Shown: positions 19,209 through 29,037 of the stretch, piece after piece | How positions within the stretch are numbered: position 1 is the stretch's first letter | How the letters are laid out: each line of letters begins with the position of its first letter | NCBI GenBank assembly: GCA_039806065.1 | Contig: JBDKJS010000213.1 | Span: 1-44,607, forward strand | DNA length: 44,607 bases | DNA from: Bacteroidota bacterium | Lineage (GTDB): Bacteria > Bacteroidota > Bacteroidia > AKYH767-A > 2013-40CM-41-45 | Direction: 5' to 3' | Notes under the pieces: model-generated | Told to the model about the DNA's origin: nothing | Databases searched by the model: none | What the model saw: the letters and a program-made list of their open reading frames with translations, nothing else | Position numbers and translations under genes: made by a program

Positions 19209-19772
19209 ATGAAACAGCTCTTCATAATTATTTGCGCACTTGGCCTATGTACCTTTGCCAATGCTCAAAGTAAAAAGGATATAAAGAAATATAAGGTCAA
19301 ATTGGTGAAAATTGAAAAAACCATACTTCGCAATGGCAATACTTTAATACTTCCTGAACTTGAAGAAAAGTATGATGCCAATTCTAATCTGTTAGAACTT
19401 AAAGAATACGATAACGAAGGAAAAATTGATAAGCATGAAAGCTATCAGTATAATAAGAATAATGATATAACTTCAGAAATTCACTATAATGCTGAAGGTG
19501 CTATGAAGAAAAAAATTCTTTCAAAATATGATGCTAACGGAAACAGAACAGAGCAAGCTGAATATGATGGAACCGGTGTATTAAAGAAGAAAGAGGTTTA
19601 TACCTATAATGCAATGGGTGATAGAATTGCTGAAGTAGAAGTAGATGGCGCAGGAAAAGTAGTTTCAAAGTCTGTAATTCTTTATAACAATAAGGGCATG
19701 CGAGTAGATAAAAAAACTACCGATGTAAATGGCGTATTGCTTAACCAACGAAAATACACCTACGAATTTTAA
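19209..19772 (+). CDS. Exported YD/RHS-like repeat protein
   Basis: Signal peptide ending ANA-Q, five 26-aa repeats Y(D/N)xxG(N/D)...(D/N)xxG. Confidence 0.75.
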   Translation: MKQLFIIICALGLCTFANAQSKKDIKKYKVKLVKIEKTILRNGNTLILPELEEKYDANSNLLELKEYDNEGKIDKHESYQYNKNNDITSEIHYNAEGAMKKKILSKYDANGNRTEQAEYDGTGVLKKKEVYTYNAMGDRIAEVEVDGAGKVVSKSVILYNNKGMRVDKKTTDVNGVLLNQRKYTYEF

Positions 19773-20545
19773 TGATACCTTCAGTAATAGATAGCTTGCA
19801 ACAAATAGCGCCCATTTCACTTTCTCAAATGGATGGGGTAAAATTACTTGACAGGGTTGACACCAAGTTTATGTTCAACGAGGCGCTTTTGCCTAGTTTA
19901 ATTAAAGCAATGGGAAGTAGCTATTATGTATTGGAAATAGCTAATCAAAGATTTAGTAATTACGAAACTTTGTATTTTGATACTAAAGATTTTGATCTTT
20001 ACAGAATTCACCATAATGGTAAGCTCAACCGGTTTAAATTTCGTTGCCGGAAATATGTTGAAAGCAACCTTCATTTTTTCGAGGTAAAATTTAAAAATAA
20101 CAAAGGACGTACTATTAAGGATAGAATAAAAAGACCGGAAATTATTAGACAAATAAGCGGCAAGGCCGAGGAGTTGGTAAAAAGTGTGACCAATGTAGAT
20201 CCTGCATTATTACAACCTAAACTATGGGTTAATTATGTGCGTATAACATTTGTAAATAAAATTTCACAAGAAAGGTTGACTATCGATACGGATCTTACCT
20301 TCGTTGATGATTACAAAAAAGTAAAACTTGAAGGATTGGTCATAGCTGAAGTAAAGCAAGGTAAAGCCTCTGATACCAGCCCTTTCATTTCCCTGATGCG
20401 CCAAAATAAAGTATTGCAAAATTCTATTTCTAAATATTGCCTTGGGGTAATAAGTCTTAATCCTGCAATCAAAAAAAATCGATTTAAACCAACGCTATTA
20501 TATATTAATAAACTACTTTCTAACTATGGACGACTTGTCGCTTGA
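19772..20545 (+). CDS. VTC (polyphosphate polymerase) domain protein, TTM fold
   Basis: RVDTKF, YFDT, RFKFRCRKY, FFEVKFK, Y.RITF, ERLTIDTDL, IAEVK, SKYC, the characteristic bacterial VTC motifs. Confidence 0.88.
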   Translation: MIPSVIDSLQQIAPISLSQMDGVKLLDRVDTKFMFNEALLPSLIKAMGSSYYVLEIANQRFSNYETLYFDTKDFDLYRIHHNGKLNRFKFRCRKYVESNLHFFEVKFKNNKGRTIKDRIKRPEIIRQISGKAEELVKSVTNVDPALLQPKLWVNYVRITFVNKISQERLTIDTDLTFVDDYKKVKLEGLVIAEVKQGKASDTSPFISLMRQNKVLQNSISKYCLGVISLNPAIKKNRFKPTLLYINKLLSNYGRLVA

Positions 20546-21119
20546 AATTTGGGATAAATTAAACGCAAAGTTTTTTATCCGCCTTGCTATTGATGTTTTT
20601 ATGATGCTTCTGCTTGTTAGGCTCATCTATTTTAAAATATATAAAAAGAAGGATTATCTATTTACTTTTTTTATTTTTAATATCATCATATTTATTATTA
20701 CCTATTTACTTAATAAGGTAGATATGAGCATGGGCGCAGCCTTTGGATTGTTTGCTGTATTTAGCATGTTGCGTTATAGAACCGAAGGCATTACCACTAA
20801 GGACATGACCTACCTCTTCATCGTAATAGCTATGGGTTTGATCTGTGCGGTTAGTAAAGCTACCTATTTTGAACTTATATTGCTCAACCTAATAATCATT
20901 TGCTTTGTATATGCGCTTGATGGGAATTGGTTGGTAAAAAATGAGCTTACCAAAAATGTACAATATGAAAATATTGAAAATATTAAACCTGAAAATCATC
21001 AGTTATTGATGGATGATTTGCGCAGGCGCACTGGACTAGCCATTCACAGAGTTTCGGTAAATAAAATTGATTTCTTGAAGGATGTAGCTATCGTAAAAAT
21101 TTATTATTACGAAACTTAG
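20526..21119 (+). CDS. DUF4956 membrane protein
   Basis: GAAFGLFAVFSMLRYRT..I..KDMTYLF..IAMGL motif, multiple TMs, C-terminal DLRRRTGL. Adjacent to the VTC gene as typical. Confidence 0.88.
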   Translation: MDDLSLEIWDKLNAKFFIRLAIDVFMMLLLVRLIYFKIYKKKDYLFTFFIFNIIIFIITYLLNKVDMSMGAAFGLFAVFSMLRYRTEGITTKDMTYLFIVIAMGLICAVSKATYFELILLNLIIICFVYALDGNWLVKNELTKNVQYENIENIKPENHQLLMDDLRRRTGLAIHRVSVNKIDFLKDVAIVKIYYYET

Positions 21120-21132
21120 TTAAGAACTGCTC

Positions 21133-21816
21133 ATGTATTTAAGGTTGCGCAAATTTGCCTTCAATATTGGTTGTTTTGGCTTCCTCATAGCCCCGCTATT
21201 TGCAGCTGCACAACCTGATTTGCAGTTGCGTGCAGGATTCACAGTGAAGCACAATTTTACACAACGCATTGAAACCTCAGTCAATTATCAAAACAGGCGC
21301 GAAGCCAATTTAGCTTTATTTACAGGCCACGTATTTAATTTAAATTTTGATTATGAGCTATCCTCTAAATTTTCATTGGGAAGCTCTTACCGATTAAGTG
21401 TGTATGATGCGTCCAACTATTGGAGCAAAAGGCATCGAGGGCATATAGAAGCAAGTTACAAATTTAAAGTTAATCCATTAACCATTACTTTGCGTAGCAG
21501 ATTGCAAGCTGGGGTACAAGATGTAATGAGTAGCGAAAAGGGTAAACTGCCTACGGTTTATAATCGAAATAGAGCCAACGTAAAACTTAGCACCAGTGGC
21601 TTTTGGTCTCCATTTGCAAGGGTGGAGCAATTCCTATTAATTAAAAATGCTGATGAAAGATTTAAATTTGCTAGAATGCGATATACACTTGGATTAGAAT
21701 ATGCACCAAACAGATTGAATAGTTTTGAAATTGGAGCATTTTTGCAAAATAAGTATGGAGGCGATGGCACCAGCCAATCAGTAGTGGTTTTAATTAATTA
21801 TTCTATTACTATTTAA
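21133..21816 (+). CDS. Outer-membrane beta-barrel (DUF2490-like)
   Basis: Signal peptide, alternating amphipathic strands rich in Arg/Lys (RSRLQ, RNR, RMRYTLG), C-terminal INYSITI strand. Confidence 0.65.
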   Translation: MYLRLRKFAFNIGCFGFLIAPLFAAAQPDLQLRAGFTVKHNFTQRIETSVNYQNRREANLALFTGHVFNLNFDYELSSKFSLGSSYRLSVYDASNYWSKRHRGHIEASYKFKVNPLTITLRSRLQAGVQDVMSSEKGKLPTVYNRNRANVKLSTSGFWSPFARVEQFLLIKNADERFKFARMRYTLGLEYAPNRLNSFEIGAFLQNKYGGDGTSQSVVVLINYSITI

Positions 21817-22290
21817 TTACTGGGCTAATAATAATACTACTGCATAACAGCAAATCCCTTCTTTTCGTCCTACATAGCCCATTTTTTCGTTAGTGGTAGC
21901 TTTGATACTTACTTGATCTATTGCACATTCTAAAATCCTGGCAATGCAGGCCTGCATTTGTGGAACATGATGCATGATTTTGGGCGCTTCTAAAACTAAT
22001 GCTATGTCCATATTACCCAACTTATATCCCTTTTGTTGGATCAGCTGGTACACATGCGATAAAAGTATTTTCGAATCGATGCTCTTATATTTTTCGTCCG
22101 TATCAGGAAAATGCTTTCCTATATCACCTAGCGCAAGTGCTCCAAGCATGGCATCGCACACAGCGTGCAGCATCACATCAGCATCTGAGTGACCCTTAGC
22201 CCCCTGATCATGTGGTATATTTATACCTCCAAGCCATAGCGGTATGCCATCAACTAAGGGGTGTACGTCAAATCCAAATCCTATTCTCAT
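21817..22290 (-). CDS. ispF: 2-C-methyl-D-erythritol 2,4-cyclodiphosphate synthase
   Basis: MRIGFGFDVH, GHSDADV..HA..DA.LGA...GDIGKHFPD, KATTNEKMG. Confidence 0.96.
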   Translation of the reverse strand: MRIGFGFDVHPLVDGIPLWLGGINIPHDQGAKGHSDADVMLHAVCDAMLGALALGDIGKHFPDTDEKYKSIDSKILLSHVYQLIQQKGYKLGNMDIALVLEAPKIMHHVPQMQACIARILECAIDQVSIKATTNEKMGYVGRKEGICCYAVVLLLAQ

Positions 22291-22315
22291 AATGTGCACA
22301 TGTATGATAATTCTA

Positions 22316-22353
22316 AAACAAAAAGGGCTGACTCAAAATTGGAGACAGCCTTT
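22316..22353 (-). terminator. Probable terminator after porV
   Basis: Minus strand AAAGGCTGTCTC-CAATTTT-GAGTCAGCCC followed by TTTTTGTTTT. Confidence 0.65.
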
Positions 22354-22430
22354 CAACATTCATTCGATCACTAGCGCAGGATGTAAAAAATTAATCTGTC
22401 AGCAATAATGGACAAGTATTTTTACAACTG

Positions 22431-23672
22431 TTATTCGTTTTCTTTATTGTCTTTTTTAAGTCCGTCAAAGTCAAAGGTGAGTGTAAAACGGAGTGTGTTT
22501 TCTAATGGATTGCGCTGAGTGGTGGGAATAAGGTAAGCAAAATCCAATCCAAATACATTGTATTTTAAACCAGCCCCAAGGGTGAAAAATTGCCGATTTC
22601 CTTTCGTGGCCGATTCATGGAAGAAACCAGCTCTTACTGCAAATTGATTGTCATACCAATATTCTGTGGCTACATTCCAAATAATTTCTCGTAATTCTTC
22701 CTTAAAGCCTGCAGGCGCATCAGACCAAGAACTAAATACCGCTTCAGGTACTCCAACTGTGGTTGGGTCCTTGCCTAATAATACAACTCTATTGCCATCT
22801 ACATCTGTGCTATCGCCAGTGCCATCGGCCCGTTGGTAATAGATCGGTTGAGTTGGGACAAGTAGCTTGTTGATATCGGCACTTATGGTTATTGTATTAT
22901 ATTGATCTAATTCAAATTTTAAACTGTTACCCAATCTAAAATTTGCAGGAATAAAATCTCTAACTCCTGTTTCAGTGTAAGAAATTTTAGCACCAAGGTT
23001 GGAGATGTTCATCCCGGCTGAATAAACTGCTTTTTTACCGCCAACTTTCACTTCAGTTTTATATAGCATAGATAAATCAGCTGCCACTGATCTACCAGCC
23101 CTTGTGGCTACTGAGCCTTCAGCAAAGGCATTACCAGTGAGATTGGAATAAATATATTTTAAAGTTAGACCTCCTGAAAGTTTTTCACCTAGCTTTCTTG
23201 CATAGGCAATGTTGAATGCAAATTCGTTTGGGTTGAAAGATCCGTTGGGGTTACCAAACTGATCGGTAAATTGAATATTTCCTAGTGAGAAATAAAGCAA
23301 CGAGATACCGATCGCTTGATTGTTTTTTAATTTTCTATAGCCTGAAAGATAGGCCAGATTGATATCGTCAACCAAAGCACGCAACCAAGGTGTGTAGGAG
23401 ATTGAAAACCCTACCTCCTTGTCAGCGGTGGCTAGCTTTGATGCATTCCAGTGAATGGAAGCGGGATCGGCAGAGGTGGCTACTCCATTGTCGCCCATTC
23501 CGCCTGCACGTGCATCCGGTGCTATCAAAAGAAATGGAACGGCTGTAGTAATTGTATTAAGCTGACCCAACAATGAATCTCTATTGATACTTGTGCGTGT
23601 TTGTGCAAAGCTATCTTTAGACAATACTAAAATACTTAGCGTTATACCAAAAAGTAGGTTTAATTTTTTCAT
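22431..23672 (-). CDS. porV: T9SS outer-membrane shuttle PorV
   Basis: ITTAVPFLLIAPDARAGGMGD, YTPWL, KGNRQFFTLGAG, NPLENTLRFTL. Directly downstream of porU. Confidence 0.95.
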   Translation of the reverse strand: MKKLNLLFGITLSILVLSKDSFAQTRTSINRDSLLGQLNTITTAVPFLLIAPDARAGGMGDNGVATSADPASIHWNASKLATADKEVGFSISYTPWLRALVDDINLAYLSGYRKLKNNQAIGISLLYFSLGNIQFTDQFGNPNGSFNPNEFAFNIAYARKLGEKLSGGLTLKYIYSNLTGNAFAEGSVATRAGRSVAADLSMLYKTEVKVGGKKAVYSAGMNISNLGAKISYTETGVRDFIPANFRLGNSLKFELDQYNTITISADINKLLVPTQPIYYQRADGTGDSTDVDGNRVVLLGKDPTTVGVPEAVFSSWSDAPAGFKEELREIIWNVATEYWYDNQFAVRAGFFHESATKGNRQFFTLGAGLKYNVFGLDFAYLIPTTQRNPLENTLRFTLTFDFDGLKKDNKENE

Positions 23673-23690
23673 TGGAGTAATTAAGGTTGG

Positions 23691-23698
23691 CAAATATA
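23691..23698 (-). promoter_or_regulatory. -7 promoter element for porV
   Basis: Reverse complement TATATTTG about 18 nt upstream of ATG 23672. Confidence 0.6.
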
Positions 23699-23803
23699 CG
23701 AGAATAGACCGTAAATGATACATTTAAATAGCATCAATAATTGGGGGTCTAATCATTTTAACACCATTTTTAATGGCGTGCTTCTAACGTGTGTTTGTTT
23801 TAT

Positions 23804-26800
23804 TTATTTTAAAATAACCAGCTTTTCTATTTTATCTGCACTTTCTCCATCATCAGTGCGCACACTTAGCTTGTATACGTACACTCCTCTGCCAATTTTA
23901 TTACCATAATCGTCTAAGCCATCCCATGTCATGCTATCATCTCTAAAACCGGTGGTCTGTATATTTTCTCGTATCGTTTTTATCAATTTTCCAGAAATCG
24001 TATAAATTTGAACTTGTGCTACCAATGGCACGCAAGGTTTATTGTGTTCAAACATGAATCGGGTATTGGTAGTAAATGGATTGGGCCAATTGAGCACATG
24101 ATTCAAAGCTAGCCCTGCCGACTCGGCTACCACAAATTCTGTATATGCCTCACTTGAATTGTTATATACATCCCATACTTTCACTTTTAAACTGTGATTA
24201 CCCGGAGCTAAATCACTAAACGGAAATCTAATTTTACCACTTTGGTAGCTATTCAAGTCGGCTGTATAATAGTCGTTTAATACATAGGTTTTAGTATTGT
24301 CATTGTCAAGTTGTGCTGTGGCATCGTGACCCAATCCTGTTCCGATGGTGTTTATGCCACTACTATCATTGGCTATGGCTAATAAAATAGGGCTATTATC
24401 AGTGCTACCACCAAAGACAAACTTCTCATCATTCATAAACAAGTTTAAGTTAGGCCCTTTATTATCTGATGGCGCATTGGCATTTACGCCTCCAACAATT
24501 ACATTGGTATTATAACCATTAGCATCTATGGTGCCATCGTAAGCATAGTAACTTATTTTACCATACCCATATTGGATGGCAATATCTTTTGGTACAATGA
24601 AAGAAAAATTAAAATCGCCATTGGTTACACTTGCAACTCCTTTGTACAAGGCATTTTTTTGCAGTTTAAAATTGGTTATAAAACTTTGTCCTGGATCATT
24701 GCCCTGGGTGGCAAAAACACCAGTCTTGTCAAAAGCAGTTGGGGTAATAAATCCATTGAATCCGGTTAATTTGTTGCCTTGTTCATCGGCTATATAGCCT
24801 GTTACTGTAACCTTGCTAAGTGCTTGTAGTGTATCAGAAATGGCTGTATTGGTATTTCCATTAATACTGGTAGTGATTACTTGATGACGGGGGAAATTGA
24901 ACTTTACTGCTGGGTCGCCCAAGAGCATAAAATTTCGAGTGTTCAGCGCATTGTAGCTTGCCTTTGTTCGCTGAAATACTTCTCCAAAGGTGGGAATTCT
25001 GCTTTCTCGGATGTTGAAGAGGTGATAAGTGAAAAATTTTGAGAGTGTAAAATTTTGTGCTGAATAGGCAAGGCGAGTAGTAGTGAATAAGGCAATGCCC
25101 CCACCTTGAGGATTGATTAATAACAATTCACCCGCTGAAGTACGTGCAGGATCGTCAGGCCTGCTAAATTCGCATGTGGCAGTTAAAAAAGCTGGTAGCT
25201 TATTGATATTTGTAAAACCTGTTATGTCATTTACTTCGAGCACTCGCTCCAAGGTCCAACCCAGTTCACCTCCATGACCTATGTAAGTAAGTAGTAAGGA
25301 GCCTCTTTGAATTCTATTCACAATGGCCGATTGTGCACTTGGATAACGCTCGCCTCCTGCCAATACTTCTTGCTCATAGGCATCTAAAAATATTTTATCT
25401 ACGTTGATTGATTTGTGCTTATTTCCCACGCTGTCATCAGCCAGAATCTGTGCCTGTGATAAATGCGTGTTGCCATCTTCATCATCGGCAACATAGGTAA
25501 ACACATTGCGCCAATCACCAAATGGCGATGTACTGCTAACAGTACAGTTAGGGTCCGAGGTATTTATATTTTCTGTAGCCGAATATACTTTTATCTTATT
25601 AACCACACCATTGGCTTCATCAACTGTTTTTACCGGATGGCGGCCTATGGCTATATCCACTACTTCTGTGGCTGAAGGCAGCCACTCACCTTCATTGACA
25701 TCCAGCTGTCCGAAGAAATCATCACTCGTATAGGAATTACTTAAGTTAGTAGAATTTTGCGACTCGTATGCAATCACAAAGTTGGTATTGTTAGTGATTC
25801 TATCTTTGGGATCATAACTACAATCACCATGCAGTAGTAAATATTTTGGATATATATTTCCAGGGGTTGACCGGTCGTAAAACATTTTCATAAAATCGCG
25901 AATGGCTGTTACATCTTGTGCGCCTGAACTAAATTCATTGTAAACCTGTTCTGGTGTAACCACTGCCACGCTTAAACCATCTTTGGTGCGGTGCAACGTA
26001 GCCAATTCTTCAGCACTGGCCATAAATGCCGGATGCGAAATGATGATCATGTCCGTTTGTGCAAGGCCGTGCAAATCTTGATTATTTACTTTACCACTTA
26101 GGTAAGGGTTCAAATAATTGTTGCCTGATATGACGTATGTTCTTAAACTATCAGTACTTTGTACAAAAGTTGCCGTGTTGCCATTGAGCACATATTGCTG
26201 ACTTTTTATGTTCAAAGGGTCAGTAATTTCCCAAAGCAATGCATTAGTCACCACACTCCCTATTTCATATTGTGCTATGGTGCCCAGACCCACACTGCGG
26301 CTGTCTCTGAAAATTGTTTGCCCATTAAGTGAAGTTTGTGCTAAAGCTCGCCTTGCGTTTATTTCTATAAAATTTAACCAACCGCTAGCTGCCTGATCGG
26401 CACTGCTAAAATTGATTCCTACGTTTAAGGTACTTCCATTGATGAGTACTCCTGAACAGGATCCACCATTGTTAGCATAATCTAAGTAATAAATCGGTGG
26501 ACCGGGTACTGTATTCACATTGAAAGTGGTGACTGGCTGCCCGTTGGCACTCACTTGCCAGCTATTTATTGCGCTAATGCTTCGGCCGGCTACTGAAACA
26601 TTAATCTTTACTTGCTCGGATGTTATTAAGTTTGGAAACTCAAATGCAATATTTCTAGTGCTATTGATTACGTCAAATTGTTCGCCATACCATTCCCTAC
26701 CACTTTTGATCAAGTTCACCTGATCTACTTCATGGTATTTAAAATCGTCAAAACTGTTTACTACCACAGTGGGAGCAAGGGTGCTGCTCGCTTGCTGGGC

Positions 26801-27700
26801 TATGCGCTTGCCTACCCCTAGATCAGAGGTGATAAAAAAATAGGTGCTATCGGCATACAAATTTATTTGGTGTTCAAAATTTAAACAGGTATTTGCCGGC
26901 TTATACCGCCATTGGTTTTGTGATTCACCAAAGAATAATACATAATCGGTGCTATTAAACACACCATCTTGCGCCCCTTCTACATATATGGCATTCTCTT
27001 GCAAATCGTCATAGCGTAATACCGCATTCGCCTGTGGTAACATGCCACCACCATTGCCGTACATTCTCAAATTGCGAGGGTCTAAATTGTCTACATCCAT
27101 GCCAAGTGATTTTAGCTGCTGATAGCTAAGCTTGTGAATGCCATTTTGTAAAGTGGCTATTTTATACCAATTGCCGTTGGCCAATACACTACTTGCTGCT
27201 GCCGCTTGTTGCAAATTGCTGCCTGTGCGTTGCCTGGTGCCATCACTGCTTAAGCTTAATGTAAAACTTAGTAAACGTTCTATAATACCAGTGGTCACAT
27301 TTTTTCTAAAGGGTACTATTTGAACCTCACAATAAGCACGCTTCTGTTCCATTGCTAAATTGGTTTGAACTGAAACGGCTTCGCGTACTGCTCCATCAGG
27401 AATGATCACTCCCTTAGGCACTGGTTCATACAATGCATTGGTGATACTGGCTACTACATTTTTATCGCCAAAGTCGTCAAACCTTTTTTGCCAAACCGGA
27501 AGCATCCACTCATTGTAACCAGCCCCTTCAAAATTTAAAAATGTGAGCTTGTCATCACTACCTTGAATTTTTTCTGCTTGCAATGGCTTCCAATCTAATT
27601 TGATGTACGATTCCACCAGTTGCGCTTGTAATGCTGTGCTCATCCCTAGCATCGCCAAAATGATCGTTAAAAAAAACGGACTTCCAAAATTAAATTTCAT
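23804..27700 (-). CDS. porU: T9SS sortase PorU (peptidase C25 family)
   Basis: SVLANGNWYK, YGNGG.ML, YNEFSSG..D.TAIRDF, catalytic YIGHGG and TATCEF, WDVYNNS, own CTD (NWPNPFT). Confidence 0.95.
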   Translation of the reverse strand: MKFNFGSPFFLTIILAMLGMSTALQAQLVESYIKLDWKPLQAEKIQGSDDKLTFLNFEGAGYNEWMLPVWQKRFDDFGDKNVVASITNALYEPVPKGVIIPDGAVREAVSVQTNLAMEQKRAYCEVQIVPFRKNVTTGIIERLLSFTLSLSSDGTRQRTGSNLQQAAAASSVLANGNWYKIATLQNGIHKLSYQQLKSLGMDVDNLDPRNLRMYGNGGGMLPQANAVLRYDDLQENAIYVEGAQDGVFNSTDYVLFFGESQNQWRYKPANTCLNFEHQINLYADSTYFFITSDLGVGKRIAQQASSTLAPTVVVNSFDDFKYHEVDQVNLIKSGREWYGEQFDVINSTRNIAFEFPNLITSEQVKINVSVAGRSISAINSWQVSANGQPVTTFNVNTVPGPPIYYLDYANNGGSCSGVLINGSTLNVGINFSSADQAASGWLNFIEINARRALAQTSLNGQTIFRDSRSVGLGTIAQYEIGSVVTNALLWEITDPLNIKSQQYVLNGNTATFVQSTDSLRTYVISGNNYLNPYLSGKVNNQDLHGLAQTDMIIISHPAFMASAEELATLHRTKDGLSVAVVTPEQVYNEFSSGAQDVTAIRDFMKMFYDRSTPGNIYPKYLLLHGDCSYDPKDRITNNTNFVIAYESQNSTNLSNSYTSDDFFGQLDVNEGEWLPSATEVVDIAIGRHPVKTVDEANGVVNKIKVYSATENINTSDPNCTVSSTSPFGDWRNVFTYVADDEDGNTHLSQAQILADDSVGNKHKSINVDKIFLDAYEQEVLAGGERYPSAQSAIVNRIQRGSLLLTYIGHGGELGWTLERVLEVNDITGFTNINKLPAFLTATCEFSRPDDPARTSAGELLLINPQGGGIALFTTTRLAYSAQNFTLSKFFTYHLFNIRESRIPTFGEVFQRTKASYNALNTRNFMLLGDPAVKFNFPRHQVITTSINGNTNTAISDTLQALSKVTVTGYIADEQGNKLTGFNGFITPTAFDKTGVFATQGNDPGQSFITNFKLQKNALYKGVASVTNGDFNFSFIVPKDIAIQYGYGKISYYAYDGTIDANGYNTNVIVGGVNANAPSDNKGPNLNLFMNDEKFVFGGSTDNSPILLAIANDSSGINTIGTGLGHDATAQLDNDNTKTYVLNDYYTADLNSYQSGKIRFPFSDLAPGNHSLKVKVWDVYNNSSEAYTEFVVAESAGLALNHVLNWPNPFTTNTRFMFEHNKPCVPLVAQVQIYTISGKLIKTIRENIQTTGFRDDSMTWDGLDDYGNKIGRGVYVYKLSVRTDDGESADKIEKLVILK

Positions 27701-27992
27701 TTGATCTTTATTTAAAAAAATTCTAAACGCTTATTGATTCCTAATATTTTATAATACCAACATTCATCAATACTTTATTACAATTCCATAATTCAACAAA
27801 ACTAAGCAATGGAAAGTTAAAAACATGATTCCCATTTTAAAAAATTAGGATTAGCAAAAAAGCTTTGCTAATTTTGAAGAGTAATAGTGGTAATTTTATT
27901 ACTATTCTTACACCTTAACCGTTTAAACCTTTTTTCCCAACTAGCATTAGGGTAACCTAGTATATTGATCTCCGTAAATAGTGAATCTTACC

Positions 27993-28961
27993 ATGATGAA
28001 ACTCAAGCTTTACCCCATTCTGGCACTTGTTTTTTTGAGCAGCCTCACCACATTGGCCCAAGATCCTGCATTCACGCAGTTCTATGCCAATCAGCTTTAC
28101 CTTAATCCAGCATTTGCTGGCACACAGCGCTGCCCACGGCTAGTGGTTAACTACCGCGATCAATGGCCGGCACTCAAAGGCACTTTTAAAACGTATGCTG
28201 CTAGCTTCGATACTCATGTGGATGCCGTTGGTGGTGGATTGGGACTCATTGTACTTAGTGATAATGCCGGGCAGGGCACCATCAATACGACCAGCTTTAG
28301 TGGAGTGTATTCTTACCAACTTAACATCACCCGCGAATTTAGCATCAGAGCCGGATTTCAAGCTAGCTATATGCAAAAGTCAATTAACCGTGATAAACTC
28401 AATTTTGGCGATCAAATAGACCCTCGCTATGGATTTATCTATCCCACCAATGAAGTAATCAATACCACTTCTATTGGATTTATGGACCTATCAACCGGTC
28501 TTTTATTTTATAGCACCAAATTCTACGGAGGCTTCGCAGCCCACCACCTTACACAACCCCAAGAATACTTCATCCGCGACCAAGGTGATGACAGCCGCTT
28601 ACCCATGAAACTTACCGGACATTTTGGAGCACTCATCCCAGTAGGAGGTAATAGAAATGAAGAAACTTTCATATCTCCCAATATCCTATACCTCCGCCAG
28701 CGCGATTTTCAACAAATAAATGTAGGCGTATATGTAGCCAAGGCACCATTAGTGGGTGGACTATGGTACAGAAATAAAGACTCTTTTATTGCCCTCGTTG
28801 GATTACAACAAGGTATTTTTAAAATAGGTTATAGCTATGATATTACCGTGTCTAAACTTGCAGGGGTTTCTGCCGGATCACATGAAATTTCATTAGGATT
28901 CCAATTTCAATGCCATCCTAAAAAGAAAAGATTTAGAACCGTTAGGTGCCCAAGTTTTTAA
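27993..28961 (+). CDS. PorP/SprF family T9SS outer-membrane protein
   Basis: AQDPAFTQFYAN.LYLNPAFAG, NYRDQWP, GYSYDIT.SKL, GSHEISL. Confidence 0.92.
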   Translation: MMKLKLYPILALVFLSSLTTLAQDPAFTQFYANQLYLNPAFAGTQRCPRLVVNYRDQWPALKGTFKTYAASFDTHVDAVGGGLGLIVLSDNAGQGTINTTSFSGVYSYQLNITREFSIRAGFQASYMQKSINRDKLNFGDQIDPRYGFIYPTNEVINTTSIGFMDLSTGLLFYSTKFYGGFAAHHLTQPQEYFIRDQGDDSRLPMKLTGHFGALIPVGGNRNEETFISPNILYLRQRDFQQINVGVYVAKAPLVGGLWYRNKDSFIALVGLQQGIFKIGYSYDITVSKLAGVSAGSHEISLGFQFQCHPKKKRFRTVRCPSF

Positions 28962-28978
28962 ATTTCAACAAAATAAAA

Positions 28979-28986
28979 TACATTTG
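28979..28986 (+). promoter_or_regulatory. -7 promoter element for gldJ
   Basis: TACATTTG about 50 nt upstream of ATG 29038. Confidence 0.55.
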
Positions 28987-29037
28987 ACCCTCGTTTAACC
29001 AATCAAACTCACACACTACTCACATATATTTAGGAAA

